DNA of 64,000 bases, from positions 201,711-265,710 of the forward strand of contig JAVZBY010000002.1 of the NCBI GenBank assembly GCA_038874655.1, written 5' to 3'. Below the pieces are notes generated by a model. That model was not told where the DNA came from and made no database searches. It worked only from the letters and a program-made list of their open reading frames with translations. Both the position numbers and the translations under genes were made by a program. The DNA comes from Candidatus Woesearchaeota archaeon (GTDB lineage: Archaea; Nanobdellota; Nanobdellia; Woesearchaeales; GW2011-AR15). This document shows positions 27,943 to 37,472 of this stretch, in pieces (the first letter of the stretch is position 1; the number at the start of each line of letters is the position of its first letter).

Positions 27943-28045
27943 AAATAAGTAATAAAAAAATAAATCTTAAAAAATAATCTTTTAATTTTGTTTTCTTTAA
28001 ACTTTATTTTTATAATACACTATTTAAAAATTTTTTATTTGAAGA

Positions 28046-29194
28046 TTATTTTTCTTTAACAAAAATTAATATTGCAAATCCAATTATCATAGAGACAATA
28101 GCAAAATAAAAAGTTATTATATATCCAAATTTTAGCCAAAGAAAACCAGCTATAGTTGAACTTGGTAAAGCAGATAAACCAGTTATTAATTGAAAACTTC
28201 CAATACCCGTTGCTTTTAATTTTTTAGGACTTAACTGTGCAGATAAAGTACTCATAGATGTTTCAAAAATTCCTTTTGAAATACCATAAACTAAAAATAG
28301 CATAATAAGAATGATTAAACTATTCTCTAATAAATATATTTTTGTAAATAAAAATAGCATTACTACATATAAAAATATTGCAAAATATATTACCTTTTTT
28401 TTATATTTATCAAATAATCTTCCACTTGGATATGATGCAATAGCAGCCATAAAAGTAAATAATAAATAAAATAATGGTAAAATTTTCTCACTTAATCCAT
28501 ACTCTTTTACAAAAATCAAAAAAAAAGAATAACTAAAACTTCCTAATGTAATAAAAAAAGATGAAATCAAAAAAATCTTAAAATTTTTGTCAAAAAGATT
28601 AAGTGAAATTTTTTTTATTTTACCTCTTTTGCCTTCTTTTATAAACAATAAAACTAACAATACAGAAATTAAAGAAGGAAATGCAGCAATATAAAAAATA
28701 GTTTTAATATCAACAAAATTAATTAAAATTAAACAAAGAATTACTCCAAAAAAAGCACCTAAATTATCCATAGATCTAATTATACCAAAATTTTTTCCTT
28801 TTTCTTTTGATATTTCAGAAACAATTGCATCTCTAGGTGAACCTCTTATTTTTCCAAACCTATCTAGGATTTTAAATGGAATCAGATGAATCCATGTTTT
28901 TGAAATAGCATAACCTAATCTAGAAAAAAAAGCCATTAAATAACCTAACCAAATAAAAACCTTTCTTTTTCCAGTTTTATCAGATAAATACCCTGATAAT
29001 GCTTTTGAAATAGCAACAATAGCATCACCAATACCATCTATTAAACCTAAAATAAACATATTTGCATTCATAACAGATGTTATAAATAAAGGCCATATAG
29101 GATAAATCATATCAGAACCTAAATCATTAAAAAAAGATGCTAAACCTAAACTTATTAATTCCCTTTTTTTAATATCTTGTCTAACTTTATCCAT
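28046..29194 (-). CDS. Major facilitator superfamily transporter
   Basis: About 12 TM helices; GYLSDKTGKRK motif A; DRFGKIRGSPRDA. Confidence 0.9.
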   Translation of the reverse strand: MDKVRQDIKKRELISLGLASFFNDLGSDMIYPIWPLFITSVMNANMFILGLIDGIGDAIVAISKALSGYLSDKTGKRKVFIWLGYLMAFFSRLGYAISKTWIHLIPFKILDRFGKIRGSPRDAIVSEISKEKGKNFGIIRSMDNLGAFFGVILCLILINFVDIKTIFYIAAFPSLISVLLVLLFIKEGKRGKIKKISLNLFDKNFKIFLISSFFITLGSFSYSFFLIFVKEYGLSEKILPLFYLLFTFMAAIASYPSGRLFDKYKKKVIYFAIFLYVVMLFLFTKIYLLENSLIILIMLFLVYGISKGIFETSMSTLSAQLSPKKLKATGIGSFQLITGLSALPSSTIAGFLWLKFGYIITFYFAIVSMIIGFAILIFVKEK

Positions 29195-29394
29195 TTTTTA
29201 TGCGTATAATCTTTTTTTACTATTTATCCTGTTTATGTTTCTTATATTTAAGTTAACATTTAATTTAACCTAGATTTTTTTGCCTTTTAAATAATTTGTT
29301 AATGCTTACAAAGATATAATAAACACAAAATTAATACTTAAAAATTAATCAAATAATAATTAACTTTAAATTTCATTTAATTTTTTATAAATTC

Positions 29395-30195
29395 ATGTTA
29401 AATAAGTTTGAGAATTTTTTATTAGTTTATCAAAAAGATAGTCATTATCTAGAAGAAATATTAAATTTTTTAGAAAAAAAGTCAAAATGCTTATGTGTTG
29501 AAAGAGATTCATTATTAGAAGAACATTATAAAAATATAGATCTAATAGTTGTTTTAGGAGGCGATGGCACATTTTTAAGAGCTTCTCATTTAAATAAAAA
29601 TATTCCTATTATAGGAATTAATCCTAATCCAGAAAAAAAAGAAGGTTTCTATATGCAATTAACTTTAACTAATTATAAGGAGAAAATTGAAAAAATAATC
29701 AAAGGCAAACTAAATGAAGATTATTCTATTCTAAAACTTTTGAGATTGTCAGCAAAGATTAATAATAAAAAACTACCACAATTAATTTTAAATGAAGTTT
29801 ATATTGGTGATGAAAAACCTTATAATGTTTTTAATTATATTATACAAATTAAAAAAAATAATAAAATTCAAGAGGAATTCCAAAGAAGTTCAGGCATACT
29901 AGTAGGAACACCTTCTGGTAGTCATGCGTGGCTTTCAAGTGCAGGCGGAAAAAAACAAAAAATTACAGATAATAAATTTCAATTTGTTGTAAGAGAATTG
30001 TATGAAGGCAGACTAACAAAAAACTATAAATTAAAAAATGGTTTTTTAGAATCAAATAAAGATAATAAAATTATAATAAAACCTAAAAGTAAAGGCATTT
30101 TAGTTATAGATTCAATTTCACCGGAATATGAACTAAATATAGATGATGAAATTGAAATATTTACAGATGAATATTTAAATTACATAATATTTTAA
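29395..30195 (+). CDS. nadK: NAD(+) kinase
   Basis: VLGGDGTFL, LNE, GILVGTPSGSHAW. Confidence 0.88.
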   Translation: MLNKFENFLLVYQKDSHYLEEILNFLEKKSKCLCVERDSLLEEHYKNIDLIVVLGGDGTFLRASHLNKNIPIIGINPNPEKKEGFYMQLTLTNYKEKIEKIIKGKLNEDYSILKLLRLSAKINNKKLPQLILNEVYIGDEKPYNVFNYIIQIKKNNKIQEEFQRSSGILVGTPSGSHAWLSSAGGKKQKITDNKFQFVVRELYEGRLTKNYKLKNGFLESNKDNKIIIKPKSKGILVIDSISPEYELNIDDEIEIFTDEYLNYIIF

Positions 30196-30252
30196 TTTTT
30201 AGAATTAGTTTATTTTATATTTTATTTTTTTATATGGACTAATGGTGTAAAA

Positions 30253-31704
30253 ATGGAAAAAAAATCTACTTTGGGATTAACAGCAAAAAAAGATGAAAAT
30301 TTTTCAGAGTGGTATACACAACTAATACAAAAAGCTGACTTAGCAGATTATAGTTCTGTTTCAGGTTGTATTGTTTTTAAACCTTATTCATATGAAATAT
30401 GGGAAAAATTACAAAAATTTTTAGATGAAAAATTTAAAAAATCAGGCGTAAAAAATGCTTATTTTCCAAGTATGATTCCAGAAAATTTACTTAATAAAGA
30501 AAAAGAACATGTTGAGGGATTTACTCCTGAAGTTGCATGGATAACACATGCAGGTAATCAAAAATTAAATGAAAAGCTAGCATTAAGACCTACATCAGAA
30601 ACAATAATTTATGATTCTTACTCAAAATGGATTAGAAGCTACAATGATTTACCTTTAAGATTAAATCAATGGTGTAATGTAGTTAGATGGGAGTTTAAAT
30701 ATGCAATTCCTTTTTTAAGAACCCGTGAGTTTTTATGGCAAGAAGGTCATAGTGTTTTTGCAACAAAAGAAGAAGCAGATAAAGAAGTTTTAGAAATTTT
30801 GGATTATTATGCAGAAGCATTTGAAGAATTGCTAGCAGTTCCAGTAATCAAGGGAAAAAAAACAGAGAGAGAAAAATTTGCAGGCGCTCTTTACAGTACA
30901 ACAATTGAAACATTTTTGCCTATAGGAAAAGCAATACAATGTTCTACATCACATTGTTTAGGACAAAATTTTTCAAAAGCTTTTGAAATTACCTTTTTAG
31001 ATAATAAAGGCAATAAGCAATATGCATGGCAAAACTCATGGGGATTTTCTACAAGAGCAATAGGAACTATGATAATAATGCATAGCGATGACAAAGGATT
31101 AGTATTACCTCCAAAAGTTGCTCCTATTCAAATAGTAATCATTCCAATTTTGTTTGAAAACACTAAAGAAAAAGTTTTATCAAGTGCAAAAAAAATAAAA
31201 GAAGAATTAACACAAGAATACTCTGTTTATTTGGATGAAAGAGAGCAATACACACCCGGATGGAAATTTAATAATTGGGAATTAAAAGGAGTTCCATTAA
31301 GAATAGAAATAGGGCCAAAAGATTTAGAAAAAGATCAAATAACCATAGCTAGAAGAGACACAAGTGAAAAATATCAAATACCTATTTCTAATATAAAAAC
31401 CAAAGTTAATGAACTCTTAACAGAAATTCAAAAAAATCTATACCAAAAAGCAGAAAAAAGCATTAAAAAAAGCATAGTAAAAATAAAAACATGGCAAGAA
31501 TTTTTAAAAGCTGTTGAAGAAAAAAAATACATAAGAGCTGAGCATTGTGGCTTAATTGAATGTGAAGATGAAATAAGAAATAAAACAGAGGGAGTAAAAA
31601 CAACATGTATCCCTTTTGAACAAGCACAAAAAGAAAAATTAGGTAATTGTTTTCATTGTGGAAAAAAAGCTCAATATGAAGTTTTATTTGCGAAAAGCTA
31701 TTAA
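30253..31704 (+). CDS. proS: Proline--tRNA ligase (archaeal/eukaryotic type)
   Basis: FSEWY, HVEGFTPEV, LRPTSET, NQWCNVVRWE, FLRTREFLWQEGH, QNSWGFSTR, C-terminal FAKSY. Confidence 0.97.
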   Translation: MEKKSTLGLTAKKDENFSEWYTQLIQKADLADYSSVSGCIVFKPYSYEIWEKLQKFLDEKFKKSGVKNAYFPSMIPENLLNKEKEHVEGFTPEVAWITHAGNQKLNEKLALRPTSETIIYDSYSKWIRSYNDLPLRLNQWCNVVRWEFKYAIPFLRTREFLWQEGHSVFATKEEADKEVLEILDYYAEAFEELLAVPVIKGKKTEREKFAGALYSTTIETFLPIGKAIQCSTSHCLGQNFSKAFEITFLDNKGNKQYAWQNSWGFSTRAIGTMIIMHSDDKGLVLPPKVAPIQIVIIPILFENTKEKVLSSAKKIKEELTQEYSVYLDEREQYTPGWKFNNWELKGVPLRIEIGPKDLEKDQITIARRDTSEKYQIPISNIKTKVNELLTEIQKNLYQKAEKSIKKSIVKIKTWQEFLKAVEEKKYIRAEHCGLIECEDEIRNKTEGVKTTCIPFEQAQKEKLGNCFHCGKKAQYEVLFAKSY

Positions 31705-31957
31705 TAAAAAATAATTCTTGGTTTTTATTTTTCATTCTTTTTTATTTTTCAATTTTAACCATTCTTTTTCATTTTCATTCTATTTTTTGATATTATAAAT
31801 GATAAACTATTTAAATGAGTATATCTCTTTAAGATACTAAATAAAAAACAATAAAAAAATTTTTTTAAAAAATTCAATAAAAAACTAATTATGAATATAA
31901 AAAATAGTCTATAACTTTTATTTAGAAAATAAATTTCAAAAAACGGAGGGAAATTAT

Positions 31958-34225
31958 ATGCCTGAAGAAAAAGCTTTTGATCAATCAGCTTCTCTTAATA
32001 CATTAAATAAAAAAGATAAACCCATAGATATAAAATTTGAAAATAAAAAAGTTGATGCTAACCCTAAAAATGATAATAATAAAAACAATCTTTCTTTAGA
32101 TTTACCAGAGCCGCCAAAATTTAATTTAGATGATTTACCAGAGCCGCCAAAATTAGATATAGATGAATTTAAACCAACCTTGGAAAATAAAAAAGATGTA
32201 AATTTTAATGATCAAAAAAACAACTTAAAATTAGATGATTTACCAGAAATGCCTAAAATAGATATAAAACCAATTCAACCAAGTGAGGAAACAAAAAAAG
32301 AGAAAAAAGGTTTGTTTTCATTTTTATTTAAAAAGAAAAAAGAAGAGAAAGTAGAATTATTCCCAAAAATAGAGCCACCCAAAGTAGAAATGCCTCAACC
32401 AGAACAATCAGATAAAAAAATAACAGATTTATCAGAATTAGAATTTGCACCACCTTCTTTGAAACCAATATTAAATGAAAATTTACCAAATCAAACATTG
32501 GAAAAAAATTCTATTGATAATTTAAAATTAGAAAATAATCAATTAGAAAATATTAAAGTGAATTCAGATACAAGCAAAACAGATATTAATCAAAAAATAG
32601 ATATTAATCAAGATATTAATGTCAAACAAGATGAAAATGAACAACTTAACAAAAAAGCACAATTAAGTGATCTTTCAGTTGAACCATTAAATAAAGAAAT
32701 TCAAAAAATAAATCTATCTGAAAAAATAGATAATAAATATTCACTAGATACATCATTTGAAACAGTTAATAAAGAAACAATTGATGAATCAGATAAAGAT
32801 CTTACTAAAAATGAAAAAACAATGCTTCAAGAAGGAGAAGCATATTTAAAAAGTAATTTAGAAGAAAAGGTTCAAGATGAAATATCTTCAGAAAAAGAGC
32901 AAGAAGTAAAAGAAATCCCAATCTCAGAGGTTAAAGGTATTGGTCCTAAGAGAGAACAAAAATTAAAAAAGTTGGGTATAAAAACAGCACAAAAAATAGC
33001 AGAATTATCTTTCAAAGATTTAGCAAAAAAATTAAAAATTCCAGACAAAGAAGCAAAGAAAATAATAACAAATGCTAGAAAAATAACTAGAATAAAAAAG
33101 AAATTAAAACAAACAAAAGTGCAAGAAGGAATTACAGATGTAGTTAAAAAATTAGAAAAAGAAAGAAAAAAAATAGAAGTAATGCAAAAAGTTTCAAAAA
33201 TAAATGAAAACAAATTAATTGAAATTGAAGGACATGCAGAATTAGTAAAAATACTAGAAGCATTAGAAAAAAAGAGACTTGAATTAGAAAGACAAGAACA
33301 ATTGTTAAGAGAAAGAGAATTAAAATTATCTTCGCATGATGAAACATATAAAAGAGAAGTTGAGCAAATAGAGAATTTAAGAAGAAAACTTGATCAAGAT
33401 ATAAGAGAAAGAACAGAATATTTAATAAATCTAGAAAAAGATTATTTCCAACGAGGTCAAATCTTAGCAAAAAAACAAGCAGAAATAGAAATAAAAGAAA
33501 AAGAATTAGATGAAAAATATAAACTTTTAAAAGAACAAGAGGAAAAATTAAAAATAAAAGCAAATGAATTAGAAGATAGAGCAATTACTTTAAATGCAAA
33601 AGAGAAAAATTATGAAAAAATTGTTAAGGAATTAGAAAAACAAGATTTAGTTTTAAAGGAAAAAGAAGAAGATTTATTGAAAAGAGAAGCAGAATACATG
33701 AAAAGATTAGATTTATTAGAAAGTCATGAAAAAGAAATATTAAAAAATCTAGAGGAAAAAAGAAAAAAATTAGAACAAAAGGAAAAAGAAATTGAATTAA
33801 AAGAACAACAATTAAAGAAAAAAGAAAAATTAGTAGATAAAAAATCAGTTGCATTGGAATATGAAAAAGATATTATAGAAACACAAAAAGATAAATTAGT
33901 TGATGATGAATTTGAACAATATCTACATGAACAATTAGGATTAGTTAGAAATTCAGGAATTAATATTGATGACATAAATTTCGTAAAAAATATAAAAGAG
34001 CCAACATTTGAAAATACCGCAGGAAAAATACATGTACTTTATCAAATGATAGATACTTGTAGAGATTTATTAAAAAACAATAAAATAACAGATGCAAAAA
34101 TATTCTACAATCAAATTAGAGACAAATATTATGAAACTACTTTTAATAATCCAAAAGAAAAAGAAAACATCCATAATATGTTAAGAACATTATATGATGA
34201 GATTAATTTGGCTGATATAAAATAA
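31958..34225 (+). CDS. Large coiled-coil protein with Pro-rich N-terminal repeats and a central helix-hairpin-helix domain
   Basis: DLPEPPK repeats; ISEVKGIGPKREQKLKKLGIKT (HhH); long E/K-rich heptad region; helical C-terminal domain. Confidence 0.75.
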   Translation: MPEEKAFDQSASLNTLNKKDKPIDIKFENKKVDANPKNDNNKNNLSLDLPEPPKFNLDDLPEPPKLDIDEFKPTLENKKDVNFNDQKNNLKLDDLPEMPKIDIKPIQPSEETKKEKKGLFSFLFKKKKEEKVELFPKIEPPKVEMPQPEQSDKKITDLSELEFAPPSLKPILNENLPNQTLEKNSIDNLKLENNQLENIKVNSDTSKTDINQKIDINQDINVKQDENEQLNKKAQLSDLSVEPLNKEIQKINLSEKIDNKYSLDTSFETVNKETIDESDKDLTKNEKTMLQEGEAYLKSNLEEKVQDEISSEKEQEVKEIPISEVKGIGPKREQKLKKLGIKTAQKIAELSFKDLAKKLKIPDKEAKKIITNARKITRIKKKLKQTKVQEGITDVVKKLEKERKKIEVMQKVSKINENKLIEIEGHAELVKILEALEKKRLELERQEQLLRERELKLSSHDETYKREVEQIENLRRKLDQDIRERTEYLINLEKDYFQRGQILAKKQAEIEIKEKELDEKYKLLKEQEEKLKIKANELEDRAITLNAKEKNYEKIVKELEKQDLVLKEKEEDLLKREAEYMKRLDLLESHEKEILKNLEEKRKKLEQKEKEIELKEQQLKKKEKLVDKKSVALEYEKDIIETQKDKLVDDEFEQYLHEQLGLVRNSGINIDDINFVKNIKEPTFENTAGKIHVLYQMIDTCRDLLKNNKITDAKIFYNQIRDKYYETTFNNPKEKENIHNMLRTLYDEINLADIK
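32099..32154 (+). repeat. Intragenic direct repeat (23 bp x2, degenerate third copy near 32237)
   Basis: GATTTACCAGAGCCGCCAAAATT at 32099-32121 and 32132-32154, encoding DLPEPPK. Confidence 0.85.
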
Positions 34226-34329
34226 AATTTAATTTTTTAATTAAATCTCAACTTTTTTCAAATTTTTAATAGAAACTTTTTTATATAATTTATTTCTTTT
34301 TTATAAAAATTTATTTAAATTAAAATTTA

Positions 34330-34722
34330 ATGGTTAAAATGACATTAGAAACAAAAGCAGAGGAATTTTATATTTTTCAGGTTAATACAAATGCTGTTTT
34401 TGATTTGTATTCATTAGCTATTTATTTAGCACAATTTTTACCAAATTTTTATTTAGAGCAAAAAAGAGAAAATTTCCTAAATACATTTAGAATATATTTC
34501 ACAGATACTAAAAATAGAGAAAATAGTGAAAAACACCTAGGTCTTATTTTAAGATATAATGCAAAAATTTCAGTTCTTGAACTATTTCTTTCTGATAAAA
34601 CACCAAACTATAAAGATATTATAAAATCTCTACAACAGTTATATCAAGGAACAGATTTTTTTGAAAATGGTAGTATAGTTATTCCAAAAATTACTCCTCC
34701 AATTTTTTTTAAAATATTTTGA
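34330..34722 (+). CDS. Hypothetical protein
   Basis: 130-aa ORF with no recognised motif. Confidence 0.6.
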   Translation: MVKMTLETKAEEFYIFQVNTNAVFDLYSLAIYLAQFLPNFYLEQKRENFLNTFRIYFTDTKNRENSEKHLGLILRYNAKISVLELFLSDKTPNYKDIIKSLQQLYQGTDFFENGSIVIPKITPPIFFKIF

Positions 34723-34773
34723 AAAAATAAGATTAAAGATTAATTAAATTATAAATTAATATTTTATATATTC

Positions 34774-35871
34774 CTAACTCAAAAACCTTTCAATCACATA
34801 TTCATTAGCCTTATAATGCCCAGTAATTTCACATTTATAAGAGCCGCCAAATAATGCTTTATAAATTAATAATTGATCTCCTAAATATGAATCAACATCA
34901 AAAACAGATTCAATTTGTTTTATTAAATTTTCAGCACATTCTTTTCCAACAATTTCTGCTCTTTTTCCTTTTTCTCCTAATGAATCAGAGCCAAGTATAG
35001 TGCCAATCTTTATTTCATCATTACTTATTTTTAAATTATTAAAATTATCTTCTTTTGAATTAAAAAAAGCCCATAATGTAATTCCAGAGCCAGTTGATAA
35101 TGTTTCATTATAAATAGTTTGTATTTTTATAGGCACTTCTAACTTATTATTTAGGAGGTAATTACTTAAAACAAATTTAGCGTATTTTGCCTGTCTCTCA
35201 GAAACTTTATTTTTTATTAAATCCATAGAAGAATGACTTATGCCTTTTATATAAATTAAATTACCTTTTTTAGCAATTATTTTTTTATTTTGTTCTTTTA
35301 AAAAATTATAAAACTCTGAGAACGATGAAAAATCTTTAAAACTAAAATTAAATTTTGGTTTTATTTTTAAAATAAAATCACCATTCCCTTTTGGATAATA
35401 ACCTCTTTTTAATAATTCTGTCTCATAATCAATAATCTCTTTAAAAAATGGAAGAAACACATTAATAAAATAATCAATTGAAGGACTATGACTAACATCA
35501 GTGCCTCCTTTAATTCTTACTTTTATGGGTTTGTCAGAAAAAATTAAAACAGGCATTAATGCTTGTAATAAAAGTGTAATTGAACCAGCAGTTTCAATAT
35601 CAATATTCAAATTTTTAAATTCAGTTTCATTAGGATAAAATTCTAAATTTTCACTTCCAATAAAATTCCCTTTAACCTCAGCATTACAAATTTCTTTAAT
35701 TACATTTACTGCAATTAAATGTTGTTGTTTTAACCCTTTCTGAGGTCTATTTTTTCTAATATTTTTAATAACAAAACCTTTTTTAGTTAAAGCAGATAAA
35801 GCTAATGCAGTTCTTAAGATTTGACCTCCACCTTCATAAAGAGAGCCATCTATTTCAATAAAATTAGTCAT
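34774..35871 (-). CDS. rtcA: RNA 3'-terminal phosphate cyclase
   Basis: IDGSLYEGGGQILRTALALS, GLKQQH, TAGSITLLLQ, GGTDV, RGYYPKGNG, DQLLIY, catalytic TGH. Confidence 0.94.
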   Translation of the reverse strand: MTNFIEIDGSLYEGGGQILRTALALSALTKKGFVIKNIRKNRPQKGLKQQHLIAVNVIKEICNAEVKGNFIGSENLEFYPNETEFKNLNIDIETAGSITLLLQALMPVLIFSDKPIKVRIKGGTDVSHSPSIDYFINVFLPFFKEIIDYETELLKRGYYPKGNGDFILKIKPKFNFSFKDFSSFSEFYNFLKEQNKKIIAKKGNLIYIKGISHSSMDLIKNKVSERQAKYAKFVLSNYLLNNKLEVPIKIQTIYNETLSTGSGITLWAFFNSKEDNFNNLKISNDEIKIGTILGSDSLGEKGKRAEIVGKECAENLIKQIESVFDVDSYLGDQLLIYKALFGGSYKCEITGHYKANEYVIERFLS

Positions 35872-35941
35872 ATAAATTAGATTTTTTAATAAATTAAAAA
35901 TTTAAGCAAATTTTATAAATAAAAAATTCTTTATTGAATCA

Positions 35942-36508
35942 ATGGCATTAAAAGAATATGCAATTGTTATTGCAATAATGATTTTATTTACTTCTTTTAT
36001 TATGTTTTCTATTGAGGCAATTTATCCAAGACCCGATTTTAATTATTACTGCAATACTACTTATGATAATTCCTTTAATTATGAAAAAAATCAAGAAAAT
36101 TGTACTTATGATTATAAAAAAGAACAAGAGTGTTTTAAAAATCAAGGCATTGTTAAATATGACTATGATGAAAAAGGTTGCAGATATGTTTCAGAATGTG
36201 ATTATTGCCAAAAAAACTACAATAATGCTTTAAAAAATTATAATTTAGTTTTATTTTACATATTAGCTATAATAGGTGTAGCAGCAATAATTTTTGGTAT
36301 TTATTATAAAATAGAATTTATCGGAACAGGATTTATGTTTTCAGGAATATTTTTATTATTTTTTGGAACCACACAAACCTTTAATGATTTAAACAGATAT
36401 CTTAGACCGATTGTTTTATTTTTAGAACTATCTTTAATATTGTTTATTGCATATAAAAAAATAGTGAAAAATTCACTCAGCATAGAAAATAAGAAAACAA
36501 GAAAATAA
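35942..36508 (+). CDS. Membrane protein with a six-Cys extracellular loop
   Basis: One TM helix, loop with 6 Cys, then three TM helices. Confidence 0.7.
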   Translation: MALKEYAIVIAIMILFTSFIMFSIEAIYPRPDFNYYCNTTYDNSFNYEKNQENCTYDYKKEQECFKNQGIVKYDYDEKGCRYVSECDYCQKNYNNALKNYNLVLFYILAIIGVAAIIFGIYYKIEFIGTGFMFSGIFLLFFGTTQTFNDLNRYLRPIVLFLELSLILFIAYKKIVKNSLSIENKKTRK

Positions 36509-36561
36509 ATTTTTTTGTTCTATTTTTTGTATCTTCAATTTTTTTATTTTAAACTTAATCT

Positions 36562-37368
36562 TTATACATTTTCTTCTATAAACTTTTTTAATCTATTAAC
36601 ATAGTCCTCAGCTTCTTTATAATATTTGTCATAATCTTTTCCAGATATTTCATTTATTTCTCTATATTCTATTTTTTTACTTAAATCATAAAATTTTTTT
36701 ACCACATCAGCATATTTCTTTTCTATTAAACTAGTATCAACTAATTTTTCTTTAACCATATCAGCTACATGATTAGGTGTTGGAGGAATTTCATTAATTT
36801 TCATTAATGCAGCATGACTTGCATCAATAACAGCCCAATATAAATCCATTACAGCAGAAATCATTTTAAATTTTGATTCTTGCAGCATTTGTGGACTTTT
36901 ATAATAATAAGTCCAAACAGATTCTTTACTTGGTCTTATTCTACCTTGATATAAAAGAACTTGCAATGGCCTAAAAAATTCTCTATCTACTATTGGAACA
37001 CCATCTCTTAATATATTGATGACAATAGGATCACCTAATCTAACCATTTCCCAAAAATAACTATATTTAAAAGTAGTTATATGTAATCTTTTAGAAATTT
37101 TAGCAATCAAATTATCTACAATAATTCTATATGTTTGCACTAATTCTTTTGTCCAATAAACAGTTAAATCATCTACAATTATTAAAATATCAATATCATG
37201 ACTTGGCTTTTTTTTTCTTGCAGTGCTTCCAAATAAAACAATACCTTTTAATAATTTACCCATTTCTTTAGAAATTTCAGCAGAAAAATGATAAGCAATG
37301 TCTAAATCATCTTTAGGATACTCATTTTTTTTATCAATTTCCTCTTTTTTTTTAATTTCTGCTTCCAT
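36562..37368 (-). CDS. Fused minimal nucleotidyltransferase (MNT)-HEPN protein
   Basis: IVLFGSTARKKKPSHDIDILIIVDD (GS...DxD) followed by HEPN-like DLYWAVIDASHAALM...YYKEAEDYVNRL. Confidence 0.82.
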   Translation of the reverse strand: MEAEIKKKEEIDKKNEYPKDDLDIAYHFSAEISKEMGKLLKGIVLFGSTARKKKPSHDIDILIIVDDLTVYWTKELVQTYRIIVDNLIAKISKRLHITTFKYSYFWEMVRLGDPIVINILRDGVPIVDREFFRPLQVLLYQGRIRPSKESVWTYYYKSPQMLQESKFKMISAVMDLYWAVIDASHAALMKINEIPPTPNHVADMVKEKLVDTSLIEKKYADVVKKFYDLSKKIEYREINEISGKDYDKYYKEAEDYVNRLKKFIEENV

Positions 37369-37472
37369 TAAGCTCACCTTTTTTTATCGTTAATTTAATC
37401 TTTATATGATTAGGTTTTTATTTTTTTCTTTTTTAATTTTCTTGTTTATTATTAAATAAAATAATATACTTT

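Noticed and set aside
32099-32260. CRISPR-like repeats
   Set aside because: Only 2-3 in-frame copies with a 10-nt gap, encoding a peptide repeat; no cas genes.
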